A DNA stretch of 64,000 bases from a virus. The notes below the pieces were generated by a model. The model did no database searches and had not been told where the DNA came from. It was given only the letters and a program-made list of their open reading frames with translations. Every line of letters begins with the position of its first letter. Position 1 is the stretch's first letter. A program made the position numbers and the translations under genes. The stretch is taken from the UHGV virus genome UHGV-1366990. One strand, given 5' to 3'. Below, piece by piece: positions 56,321 through 64,000 of this stretch.

Positions 56321-56646
56321 AAGTCGTCCACTTCAAGAAGGAGCCATATGACGTCTACATTGGTCGGCCTGGTAAATGGGGGAACCCGTTTGAGGTCAAA
56401 GACCATGGACGAGGCGTCTGTATCGAACTGTTTGAGGACGACCTGTATGTGCGCCTGATTGAAGGGGATATCACTGAGGATGAACTCCTTGATCTTGACG
56501 GGAAGGTATTGGGGTGCTGGTGTAAGCCGCGCCCCTGCCACGGAGATGTTTACGTCAAAGTCATTGGTCGTATTAAACTATTCCGCAAGCTGGGTAAATC
56601 CTTTACTGAACACCTGAGACAAACGTATGTCAGAAACCAAAGATGA
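56317..56646 (+). CDS. DUF4326-like protein
   Basis: YDVYIGRPGKWGNPF ... LGCWCKPRPCHGDV pattern recalled for DUF4326. Confidence 0.5.
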   Translation: MKVVHFKKEPYDVYIGRPGKWGNPFEVKDHGRGVCIELFEDDLYVRLIEGDITEDELLDLDGKVLGCWCKPRPCHGDVYVKVIGRIKLFRKLGKSFTEHLRQTYVRNQR

Positions 56647-56911
56647 AATTCAGGAATCCTGTGACATTGCTGTGGAGATATGGAATCGCAGGAATCCTCA
56701 TTACCAAGTGACCGTCACTCCGAATCGTTATCTTGAGCAGGGTGGTCTAATTGTGGTTGATGCTGTACTCGCTTTCAACAAGTACCAAGATATGCAGATC
56801 CTGGACGGCAACTTTACCGTCGCGACCAAGACGGCATGGGATGACCCTCTACAGTTCGTCTATGGCTGGCTGGAGTGTATCGAGGAATCCTACCACCTCA
56901 TCTACGAATGA
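56627..56911 (+). CDS. hypothetical protein (94 aa)
   Basis: ATG ORF overlapping the upstream gene by 20 nt. Confidence 0.45.
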   Translation: MSETKDEIQESCDIAVEIWNRRNPHYQVTVTPNRYLEQGGLIVVDAVLAFNKYQDMQILDGNFTVATKTAWDDPLQFVYGWLECIEESYHLIYE

Positions 56912-56920
56912 GGCTGAAGG

Positions 56921-56950
56921 GCACTAAATACCACGTGCCCTTTATCTTTT
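56921..56950 (+). promoter_or_regulatory. hairpin GGGCACG...CGTGCCC with GCACTAAATACC late motif in the loop, then T-rich tract
   Basis: Composite terminator and late-promoter-like element; about 80 nt upstream of the SLT gene. Confidence 0.4.
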
Positions 56951-57007
56951 AACCCCTGTCAGGAGGCTCAAGCGAGCTGCAAGTCGACAAACATAAGGAA
57001 CGCCATC

Positions 57008-57622
57008 ATGACGATGACAACGTTGAAGGCCATGGCCTTGTCCGTGACCTTTACCATTGCCAGCGGGAATGTGCACGCTTCCCAAAATACAAGTCAATGT
57101 GTTTATAATTTCTCCGAGCAACAACTTAATACGATGGCAACCGCCTATCACGTAGGCAAGACACAAGATCTTGGCTACACGCTGGCCGCCATATCTTGGC
57201 GAGAGAGCCGCGCTGGTGAAGATGTAGTGTCAATGCGATACGGCCTCAAAGCGGCCAACATGGGAGCCTTTCAGAACAAGGTGAAGACAGTTGGTGATCG
57301 CGAAGGTTGTAAGAATCGCAAGTGCTATGCCAATGTCGCCATAAAGTTGCTGACCGACCAAGAATATGCCGCGCAAGCCGCCCTCGATGAGATGCAGTTC
57401 TGGCTGACCTATCACAATCAGAATATCCGCAAATCCCTCTCCTCTTACAATGCTGGCTTCGCCCGTAATCCTGCATCGAACGCTTATGCTGCCGACGTCG
57501 TGAAGAAAGCTAAATATCTTCAGAAATGTGTGTCCTTCGAAGGCCGGACCATCTCCGAGGTAGATCCTCAGGTGATCGCCATGAACAAGCACACAATAGA
57601 GAAACTGAAGAGGACAAGATAA
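57008..57622 (+). CDS. lytic transglycosylase (SLT domain) with N-terminal signal/SAR-like segment; endolysin candidate
   Basis: AISWRES (catalytic Glu-Ser), AANMGAFQ, YNAG motifs; hydrophobic N-terminus MTMTTLKAMALSVTFTIASGNVHA. Confidence 0.6.
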   Translation: MTMTTLKAMALSVTFTIASGNVHASQNTSQCVYNFSEQQLNTMATAYHVGKTQDLGYTLAAISWRESRAGEDVVSMRYGLKAANMGAFQNKVKTVGDREGCKNRKCYANVAIKLLTDQEYAAQAALDEMQFWLTYHNQNIRKSLSSYNAGFARNPASNAYAADVVKKAKYLQKCVSFEGRTISEVDPQVIAMNKHTIEKLKRTR

Positions 57623-58260
57623 TGAACATCACTCCATCTCAGGCCGGATATGAACATATCTTGGTCTTCATTGCTCTACAGGGTGCGAAGGAAGGCATCA
57701 TCGTATCCGAGTACTCAGGCACGGTTCGCCTTGCTGATTATGTCGCACCGGAGGCATTTATCAAGAAGTGTATTGACGCATGGTGCCTCTATGCCCTCGG
57801 CACGTATACTACCCCTCCTGAGGGTGAGTTGTTGTTTACTGTACCGACTCCGGCTGCTGGCGATACGGACGCGATCTTTGCCGATATGCTGGCCAAGGGG
57901 TATCTGGTGTATGACCTCACCCACGATGTCTATTCCTTCACCTCGCTGAACACCGTGTTTGGATTCACCATCACATCTGAAGCCAACATCCCTGACTGGG
58001 GTATTTTGGCGTGGGGTGTTGACGGTCTGGGTGCAACCTACGCATCGTCTGACGTCGGTGCGGTTCTGATTGATGAGGGTGTCACCATGGAGCAGTACCT
58101 TGCCCAGTTCCCTCAGCACAATATCACAGGCAGCGACATCATTTTGGTCCAGCCTGGCGCTATCGCTCTACCCCGTTTGGTGGGTGGATGGAAGCCTCAG
58201 CTGAAGGACATCATCGCAGGTATTCGATCCCACATTCCGGTTGTGAATCCGACGCCGTAA
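57622..58260 (+). CDS. hypothetical protein (212 aa)
   Basis: ATG overlapping the upstream stop. Confidence 0.5.
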   Translation: MNITPSQAGYEHILVFIALQGAKEGIIVSEYSGTVRLADYVAPEAFIKKCIDAWCLYALGTYTTPPEGELLFTVPTPAAGDTDAIFADMLAKGYLVYDLTHDVYSFTSLNTVFGFTITSEANIPDWGILAWGVDGLGATYASSDVGAVLIDEGVTMEQYLAQFPQHNITGSDIILVQPGAIALPRLVGGWKPQLKDIIAGIRSHIPVVNPTP

Positions 58261-58272
58261 AAATAATTCAAT

Positions 58273-58292
58273 AAAAGGGGCTTTTGCCCCTT
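58273..58292 (+). terminator. terminator AGGGGC-TTTT-GCCCCT
   Basis: Hairpin whose 3' flank TTTACTTC is the -35 of the next promoter. Confidence 0.6.
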
Positions 58293-58319
58293 TACTTCTT
58301 CAATATCCTTCCCTATACT
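58291..58319 (+). promoter_or_regulatory. sigma70-like early promoter (TTTACT-17 nt-TATACT)
   Basis: Downstream leader CATAAGCAGTACGACACCAACTTGAA is identical to the leader at 15167-15192. Confidence 0.5.
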
Positions 58320-58367
58320 TCATTCCATAAGCAGTACGACACCAACTTGAATAGCAGGAACTATATC

Positions 58368-58703
58368 ATGACACAACTCAAGAACTTCACCGCCGATGAC
58401 ATGTTCACCTTCCAGGGTGCTGAGCACTTTGCTGACGGCTCTGTACCTCGCATCTACTACTTCTCCGACGAAGAAATGGAAGATTTCTTCGCCCTGATGG
58501 AAAAGGACTACGAACCAGACGACTTCGTTTATATCATCCATCACGCCGAAGGACTGACATTGGGTTGGACGGCCAGCAATGAACCAGAAGAAGTAAACTT
58601 CCCTGAAGGTATCATGTCAGAGCGCGTCGAATATCTACTGGAAGCCCTGGACCCCCACACCCTCCCGCTCTGGGCGATGTCTGTAGCCCAAGTTCAAAAA
58701 TAA
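58368..58703 (+). CDS. hypothetical acidic early protein (111 aa)
   Basis: ATG in the conserved GCAGGAACTATATCATG start region. Confidence 0.55.
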   Translation: MTQLKNFTADDMFTFQGAEHFADGSVPRIYYFSDEEMEDFFALMEKDYEPDDFVYIIHHAEGLTLGWTASNEPEEVNFPEGIMSERVEYLLEALDPHTLPLWAMSVAQVQK

Positions 58704-58778
58704 GATAAGGGGGCTGACGCTCCCTTTTGGTTTCGCTAATTAGAAGAAACCGCCGTTAATTCAGTCAGGAGATATAAA

Positions 58779-61706
58779 ATGTCAAAGCTAAGTTTCCTCC
58801 AGTTCATGCAGGAAAGAGATCAGTTGGACGAAGCGTTCAACTCCGCTCCGTATGAGCTGACTATGGGTAAGAAGAACGCAGGCGATGTGTTCTTCACCTT
58901 CGTCGACGAAGATGAAAAGGAATACCGTATTCAGTTCTATACCCCTCAGGGGCTGGGTAAGAGTGTTCGTCAGGTTTTCATCGGCCAGAAGCGCGGCTCC
59001 GTCTATCCTGACGCCATCGCTCGCTTTAAGAACCCAATGCGCGTTATCGCTTCCATGATCGAAGCGACCAAACAATTCATGGCGACTCCTCTGGGCAAGA
59101 CCATCGATGGCTTTGCTGTCAACTTCTCTAAGAAAGCGCTGGATCGTGGGATGACCCTGATTCCTAAGATCATCCGCCAGTCCGGCCTGAAGCAGAAACT
59201 GAATGTAATGGACCTGACCTACGCGCCTGTCCCTGACCGTGGTTATGTGTGGCTAGTTCGTAAGGGTAAAGATCCGGCTCAGGTATTTGACGGTCCGAAG
59301 ATGCAGGGTATCACATGGGATGATCCAGACAAGGTCGGTGACGTTCCGGTTCAGAACAGCGTTGATGGCGTTGTGGGTGGAACTGGTCAAACCATTGTTG
59401 TTGGTGTTGATTTCCGTTCTGAAATGGAAGACTTGGATATTTCGGTGTCTGGAAATGATATCACAGTGATGGATGGGCGCAAACTCGTAGTGTCTTTCAC
59501 TGATCCCGAGACAGCTAGAATCATTTCTGGGATGAAAACCCCTTCTGCTGCAATTACCAATTTCATGCAAAAAACGAATCCAGGAAGATACACTGGAAAC
59601 ATCAAAGTTAACAGCACGAGTACCCGCAGTGGCAAGAAATATGAATTTATTGCTTCCGACTCATCTGGGAAACAATTGTTCAATCTAAACGTAGAAGATT
59701 CCAGAAAAACAAACTTGGGAACCGGGGCTGGTTCTTCTGAAATCGAAGTCAACCGCGAGTGGTACAACAGCTCGGACACTGGTCTGAAGTTGAAGAGCGG
59801 GCGAGACCCGATTCGTGGAAACTACGTCCGCCTGATAAGCGGTTCGAAAGAAGTAGCCGCATTCTATGGTTATGATTTTGACAAATATCCAGACGGGACT
59901 GAGGTATCTTGGAATATGAAGCGCGGCTTCACCAACCAAGACTTGGTCGGTGCGTCCATGACCAAACAGAAGAAAGGCATGTACGATCAGTACACTTTCA
60001 AGAAAGGTGCTCAGATAATTCTGGTGGTGGACGTTGACACCAGCAATGACACCAGCAATGACACCAGCAATGACAACGGTTGGAAACTCGCAAAAGCCGA
60101 CGCCACTCAACCAATGTTAGTATGGGCGGGGAAAGAAAAGGGTCGCTTAGTCACGGCAAATATCGCTCCCCACTACAATGAGCCGGGTGTGTATGTTGGC
60201 GCATACATGAATGAGAAACCTGTGCGTGGGCAAAGTGCTGATTTCATTGCTCGTCAGTTGAAATTACCGCAAGTCCCTATCAGTATCCTGAATGATTTCA
60301 CCATGGCGTCCACAAATTTTTGGAAAGGTTCTCAGCAGAAGTCCGCGCCAGCTGACTCCAACACCACAATCGGGGCAACCAGTATCGATCAATTGCGTGA
60401 CAGCGGTTTCATCGCTCGTGTTCTGGGTATCATTGATACCAACATTGACCAGAAAGCAAGCTATCTCCCAGGGGAAAGCATTAAGAAGATCGGACAGGCG
60501 CGTTATCAAACTAAAGGTGGTCTGGTGATCATCGTCAGCTTCGATTCAGTCGATGGCAAGAATCTGACCTACAACGTGTTCTCTGAAATCGAAACTCAGC
60601 CTGGTGTCATCTCTGGCGATGCTCGTCGGGTGGCAAACGAAATTATGGAAACGATCACACACGTGGCCGAACATCAGTATCGTGGCGGATGGGAAATTAG
60701 CGCAGTGCCAACAAGCGCTCCATACCCTATCAAAGCCATTCGCCGTTCTCGGGGCTGGGGTTATGTGGAAACCGCAAACTGGACTCTGAAAGTGTCCGAC
60801 GCTGTCCTGAATCGTGTGAAGCCAGGGAACACTGCTCTACTGGAACTCATCAAAGAGCCTCCGCGTGGCAAGCACCTGCTGGAAATCATCCCAGAGAAGG
60901 GCGACAAGACCCTGATGCTGAAAGATCGTATTACCGGGGCCATCTATGGTTCTATCGACCTGAATGCCCAAGGTGCTGATCTGGTCAACTCTGGAACCCT
61001 GAAGATACCAAGCAACGCCATGGTGTTTGGTGAGACTGTCAACGGTATGTCCATTCGGTGGAATGTCAATTTCCCCGAAACAGGAAAATATGCCGGTACT
61101 TCTATGATAACCAACGTAACATATTATCACGACAAAGGCAAAGTTGCATTCACCCCAATTGTCTCTCAGAAAGGGCGTACCCTGAACAATCCGAAGACAT
61201 ATGAACTTCCTTTAAACAAAGATATGGTCCAGAGTGTGATTGATGAGATTTCATCAAAAATGGAATATCTTTCCAGAAACCTCCAACAGTTGAAAAGTCA
61301 GTCATACAACCCAAACCAGGTGTTCTTGAACGATATAACCATCACGGATAAAGGTGAAGTGATTTGGAATGATTACAACTTGTCTGACGGCAAAGTTACA
61401 CAAATTATGCTGTCCATGATAAGCGCAGAAAATAAACGCCTGGAGAAAGTAGCAAACACGCCGGATATCAATATCACATTGCCAAAGAAACAAGCTGAAG
61501 TGGTAGAATTTATAAACCGGATGATTGATATTGATCTCACCCCTTATGTGAGAACCCCCAAAAACCGTGATGTGGTATTATTTTACTCTTCTGAATTGTC
61601 GATAAACCAACTCAACAACATAGAACGCCTGGGAAGAGAAACAGGAAAATGGTCTCTTCAGTCAAACGGCGGTATGGGTCATGCACTATTTCTGAATGTT
61701 TGGTGA
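58779..61706 (+). CDS. large hypothetical protein (975 aa) with internal DTSN tandem repeat; possible virion or ejected protein
   Basis: CAGGAG Shine-Dalgarno; upstream CTAATTA late-like variant; 12-nt x3 repeat at 60036-60071. Confidence 0.7.
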   Translation: MSKLSFLQFMQERDQLDEAFNSAPYELTMGKKNAGDVFFTFVDEDEKEYRIQFYTPQGLGKSVRQVFIGQKRGSVYPDAIARFKNPMRVIASMIEATKQFMATPLGKTIDGFAVNFSKKALDRGMTLIPKIIRQSGLKQKLNVMDLTYAPVPDRGYVWLVRKGKDPAQVFDGPKMQGITWDDPDKVGDVPVQNSVDGVVGGTGQTIVVGVDFRSEMEDLDISVSGNDITVMDGRKLVVSFTDPETARIISGMKTPSAAITNFMQKTNPGRYTGNIKVNSTSTRSGKKYEFIASDSSGKQLFNLNVEDSRKTNLGTGAGSSEIEVNREWYNSSDTGLKLKSGRDPIRGNYVRLISGSKEVAAFYGYDFDKYPDGTEVSWNMKRGFTNQDLVGASMTKQKKGMYDQYTFKKGAQIILVVDVDTSNDTSNDTSNDNGWKLAKADATQPMLVWAGKEKGRLVTANIAPHYNEPGVYVGAYMNEKPVRGQSADFIARQLKLPQVPISILNDFTMASTNFWKGSQQKSAPADSNTTIGATSIDQLRDSGFIARVLGIIDTNIDQKASYLPGESIKKIGQARYQTKGGLVIIVSFDSVDGKNLTYNVFSEIETQPGVISGDARRVANEIMETITHVAEHQYRGGWEISAVPTSAPYPIKAIRRSRGWGYVETANWTLKVSDAVLNRVKPGNTALLELIKEPPRGKHLLEIIPEKGDKTLMLKDRITGAIYGSIDLNAQGADLVNSGTLKIPSNAMVFGETVNGMSIRWNVNFPETGKYAGTSMITNVTYYHDKGKVAFTPIVSQKGRTLNNPKTYELPLNKDMVQSVIDEISSKMEYLSRNLQQLKSQSYNPNQVFLNDITITDKGEVIWNDYNLSDGKVTQIMLSMISAENKRLEKVANTPDINITLPKKQAEVVEFINRMIDIDLTPYVRTPKNRDVVLFYSSELSINQLNNIERLGRETGKWSLQSNGGMGHALFLNVW
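60036..60071 (+). repeat. perfect 12-nt tandem repeat GACACCAGCAAT x3, in frame (DTSN x3)
   Basis: Read directly in the sequence. Confidence 0.9.
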
Positions 61707-61780
61707 AACTAGCTGGACTTGAGAACAGAATAAAGCCCCTCTGGGGGCTAATTACATCTAAATCCCCGAGGAGAGATCCA

Positions 61781-62350
61781 ATGAAACCTTTTATCGAATA
61801 TTTTAAAGAACAAGCCGCTAAACCTCAGACCCATGCTGGTGTCCAGGGTAAGACCGTATCCATCACCAAGCAAGCTGACGGCACCCAGTGGTGTTCCGGC
61901 GCTACCGTGACCCAGATCACTCCTGACAATCAGGCGGATGTCTACAACCTGGAGTTAACCAACGGCAACACCATCAAGGTGAAGCTGACTCCGGATCAGA
62001 CTCACGGTATCTCCCAAGGTCAGGAAGTCGTTGCTGTCCATGACGGTTTCGAATTCTTCTTTGGCAAGTCTGCCGACAAAGGCCAGGTGACCGAATCCTA
62101 TGCTCAGGAACTGGCGAACATGGACAAGATGATCGGCAAAGCACTGGGTGCTGGCAAGTCTCGCAAGAGTGGTCGTACTGAGTTCGAATACTCTGGCATC
62201 CCTGGCATCGGCAAGGCGATCACCGTGAACTTCGGTGGTGAAGATGACCCGTATGTGATCGTCACCTGCAACGGCAAGGAGCATGATATCAGCAAGGGTA
62301 AAAACCTGGCTGCTGACATTGCCAAGTTCCTCGGTGTTAAGCCTGTCTAG
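61781..62350 (+). CDS. hypothetical protein (189 aa)
   Basis: ATG with GAGGAGAG upstream (residue 45 of ORF 61649). Confidence 0.55.
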   Translation: MKPFIEYFKEQAAKPQTHAGVQGKTVSITKQADGTQWCSGATVTQITPDNQADVYNLELTNGNTIKVKLTPDQTHGISQGQEVVAVHDGFEFFFGKSADKGQVTESYAQELANMDKMIGKALGAGKSRKSGRTEFEYSGIPGIGKAITVNFGGEDDPYVIVTCNGKEHDISKGKNLAADIAKFLGVKPV

Positions 62351-62399
62351 AAGGTTGCACTAGACGACGCCACGGCGAAAGAACTTGGTCTGTAACTGG

Positions 62400-62430
62400 A
62401 TCCCCCTAAATACAGGGGGATTTCTTTTTC
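62400..62430 (+). terminator. terminator ATCCCCC-TAAATACA-GGGGGAT-TTCTTTTT with late motif in the loop
   Basis: 7-bp stem plus U-tract; loop sequence CCTAAATAC matches the late motif family. Confidence 0.6.
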
Positions 62431-62444
62431 TGAGGAAACAAATC

Positions 62445-62798
62445 ATGGTCAATGCGAGTATTTTCATCAACCGTGGACTGCTTGCTATAGCCCACTCTCA
62501 TGCCTTGCACTTCGTTACAACGTCCTATGCCAAGCACAAGGCACTCGGGGAGTTCTACGGGGATCTAGAGGACTTGCTGGACACGTTTACCGAAGCATAC
62601 ATCGGTGCGGGTGGTCAGTATGTTCCATCATTCGAGAATATCAAATTGTACAACCCAGACCCTATCTCCTATATTAACAGTGTGGTGATAGACGTCGACG
62701 GTATCTACAGGCAGTGCGACTCCCACCTTCAGAACACGCTTGATGAAATCAAGACGCTGTGTTACCAGACGATCTACAAACTGAAGCAGCTGTCGTAA
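62445..62798 (+). CDS. hypothetical protein (117 aa)
   Basis: ATG with GAGGAAA upstream. Confidence 0.5.
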   Translation: MVNASIFINRGLLAIAHSHALHFVTTSYAKHKALGEFYGDLEDLLDTFTEAYIGAGGQYVPSFENIKLYNPDPISYINSVVIDVDGIYRQCDSHLQNTLDEIKTLCYQTIYKLKQLS

Positions 62799-62855
62799 GT
62801 CAATACAAAATAAAGGCATATAATTTTGCTCATTATTCACCAAAAGGAAAGGACA

Positions 62856-63467
62856 ATGAGCAAAATCTTTATCCCGTCACACCGCGAAGGATGTGAAATC
62901 GCGGCCAACTACCTGCGCGGTCGCATGAACTGCGGCGCTGTCTTCATCGAGCCAAATTCGTTTGACAACAAAGAATCACCTGATGCCATCGGGTTCCGTT
63001 CCGGCGGTTGCTCTATCCTGATGGAAGTGAAGGTGTCTCGCTCTGATTTCCTTACCGACAAGAAGAAGCCCCATCGGATGGACCCCACAACAGGGATGGG
63101 CGCATACCGCTTTTATGTCTGCCCTCAGGACGTGATCAGGGTTGAAGACCTGCCACCAAAGTGGGGGTTGTTCTACTTCACACCCCGCAAGTCCCTGATG
63201 CCAGTTCATGTGCCAGACATGCAGTACTCTTCATTGTCATCACCAGAGCATTATCAGAAGTACCTTGATGAACAGATCAAGAGAGGAAGAACCGTTACCC
63301 GGCATATGCGCAGCTACATGGAACTCCTCGACGGATTCGCCCACTTTGAGCGCAACACGACTGGGGAACAGAATATCCTGTATGGGGCTTGGCGCCAACT
63401 GTGTATAGCTCAAAGTCGTGGTGTAGACTATACTGTGACCGAAGTGTTCCAGAGGCCGAAGATCTAA
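62856..63467 (+). CDS. PD-(D/E)xK nuclease-like protein
   Basis: PDAIGF ... SILMEVKVSRSDF fits a D...ExK core; weak. Confidence 0.4.
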   Translation: MSKIFIPSHREGCEIAANYLRGRMNCGAVFIEPNSFDNKESPDAIGFRSGGCSILMEVKVSRSDFLTDKKKPHRMDPTTGMGAYRFYVCPQDVIRVEDLPPKWGLFYFTPRKSLMPVHVPDMQYSSLSSPEHYQKYLDEQIKRGRTVTRHMRSYMELLDGFAHFERNTTGEQNILYGAWRQLCIAQSRGVDYTVTEVFQRPKI

Positions 63468-64000
63468 TGAAATTTCTTGATGAACAATTCATAAATTACG
63501 TTGCTCCCAGACTCGATAAATTCAAGTGGGAACGTGTTGGGTCTGTCGCAAATTTTAGATGTCCGCTTTGTGGAGATTCTCTCAAAAGTGCTAATAAGCG
63601 ACGCGGTTATTTTTTCTTTGATCGAGATAATGATTGCTTTCGGTTTAAATGTCATAATTGCCATAACATGAATGGCTGGTCATTTGAGTTCTGGCTGAAG
63701 AAGTTCGACGAACGCCTCTCAACAGAGTACAACATGGAGAAGTTCCGTCTGCTGGGTGATACGTCGGGTAGACCACTTCCTTCCCTGAAGCCGTTGCCAA
63801 AGCTGACACAGACCGCCCGTATTGGCTCAGTGGCGGCAAAACGCGACGAGAGCCTCCTCGGCAATATGCTACGGCTTGATCTGCTACCGCCTGACCATAA
63901 GGCTCGACAGTACGTACAGTGGCGTGGACTGCCGGAGAGCACTTTGTCCCTCCTGTATTACACACAGCACTTCCGCCAGGATCTACTCCAGTTCGAAACG
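63467..64000 (+). CDS. DNA primase (T4 gp61-like), 3' truncated at window edge
   Basis: FRCPLCGDSLKSANKRRGYFF...FKCHNCHN resembles recalled T4 gp61 zinc-ribbon FRCPVCGDSKTDQNKARGWYY; not in the ORF track because no stop falls in the window. Confidence 0.8.
   Translation, partial: MKFLDEQFINYVAPRLDKFKWERVGSVANFRCPLCGDSLKSANKRRGYFFFDRDNDCFRFKCHNCHNMNGWSFEFWLKKFDERLSTEYNMEKFRLLGDTSGRPLPSLKPLPKLTQTARIGSVAAKRDESLLGNMLRLDLLPPDHKARQYVQWRGLPESTLSLLYYTQHFRQDLLQFET

Noticed and set aside
60036-60071. Tandem repeat considered as a possible CRISPR array
   Set aside because: Only three contiguous 12-nt units with no spacers, in frame inside a coding sequence.
63464-63965. Minus-strand ORFs at the 3' end of the window
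   Set aside because: They overlap the + strand primase gene, which has a clear T4 gp61-like zinc ribbon and runs off the window.
1-64000. Looked for tRNA, rRNA, integrase, att sites and transposases
   Set aside because: None recognised by eye; the only mobile elements supported are the intein and homing-endonuclease genes. A tRNA scan was not run.

Overview
This 64-kb window is a segment of a virulent T4-superfamily myovirus genome (about 49% GC, closer in composition to Ackermannviridae-type phages than to T4 itself; the taxon is inference). It is almost entirely coding and mostly on the + strand. Content in order: (1) the 3' end of a tail-fibre/baseplate module with two large structural proteins; (2) a T4-syntenic morphogenesis block (neck gp13/14-like, gp15-like, small and large terminase, sheath, tube, portal, prohead core proteins, prohead protease, scaffold, major capsid), in which the large terminase is interrupted by a 159-codon mini-intein inside the Walker A P-loop; (3) a freestanding Vsr-like homing endonuclease after the capsid gene and a decayed paralog in an insertion island between the sheath and tube genes; (4) small early genes driven by repeated terminator/sigma70-promoter/leader cassettes that share a conserved CTATATCATG start region; (5) a replication/recombination block (RecB-like nuclease, SF2 helicase, sliding clamp, clamp loader gp44/gp62, RegA, HU-like protein, DinG-like helicase, RNase H, late sigma factor gp55-like, gp47/gp46, partial primase); (6) unassigned accessory genes, including an ACP-like protein with the phosphopantetheine serine replaced by Glu, a 733-aa vWA protein beside 407-aa and 672-aa unknowns, exported proteins, a ParB-like nuclease, a DUF4326-like protein and an SLT-domain lysin candidate. 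A late-promoter-like motif (C)ACTAAATA(C/T) recurs upstream of structural genes. No rRNA, tRNA or CRISPR array was recognised. All homology calls rest on motifs read by eye and recalled T4 sequences; no database search was run. Coordinates of short motifs may be off by 1 nt.
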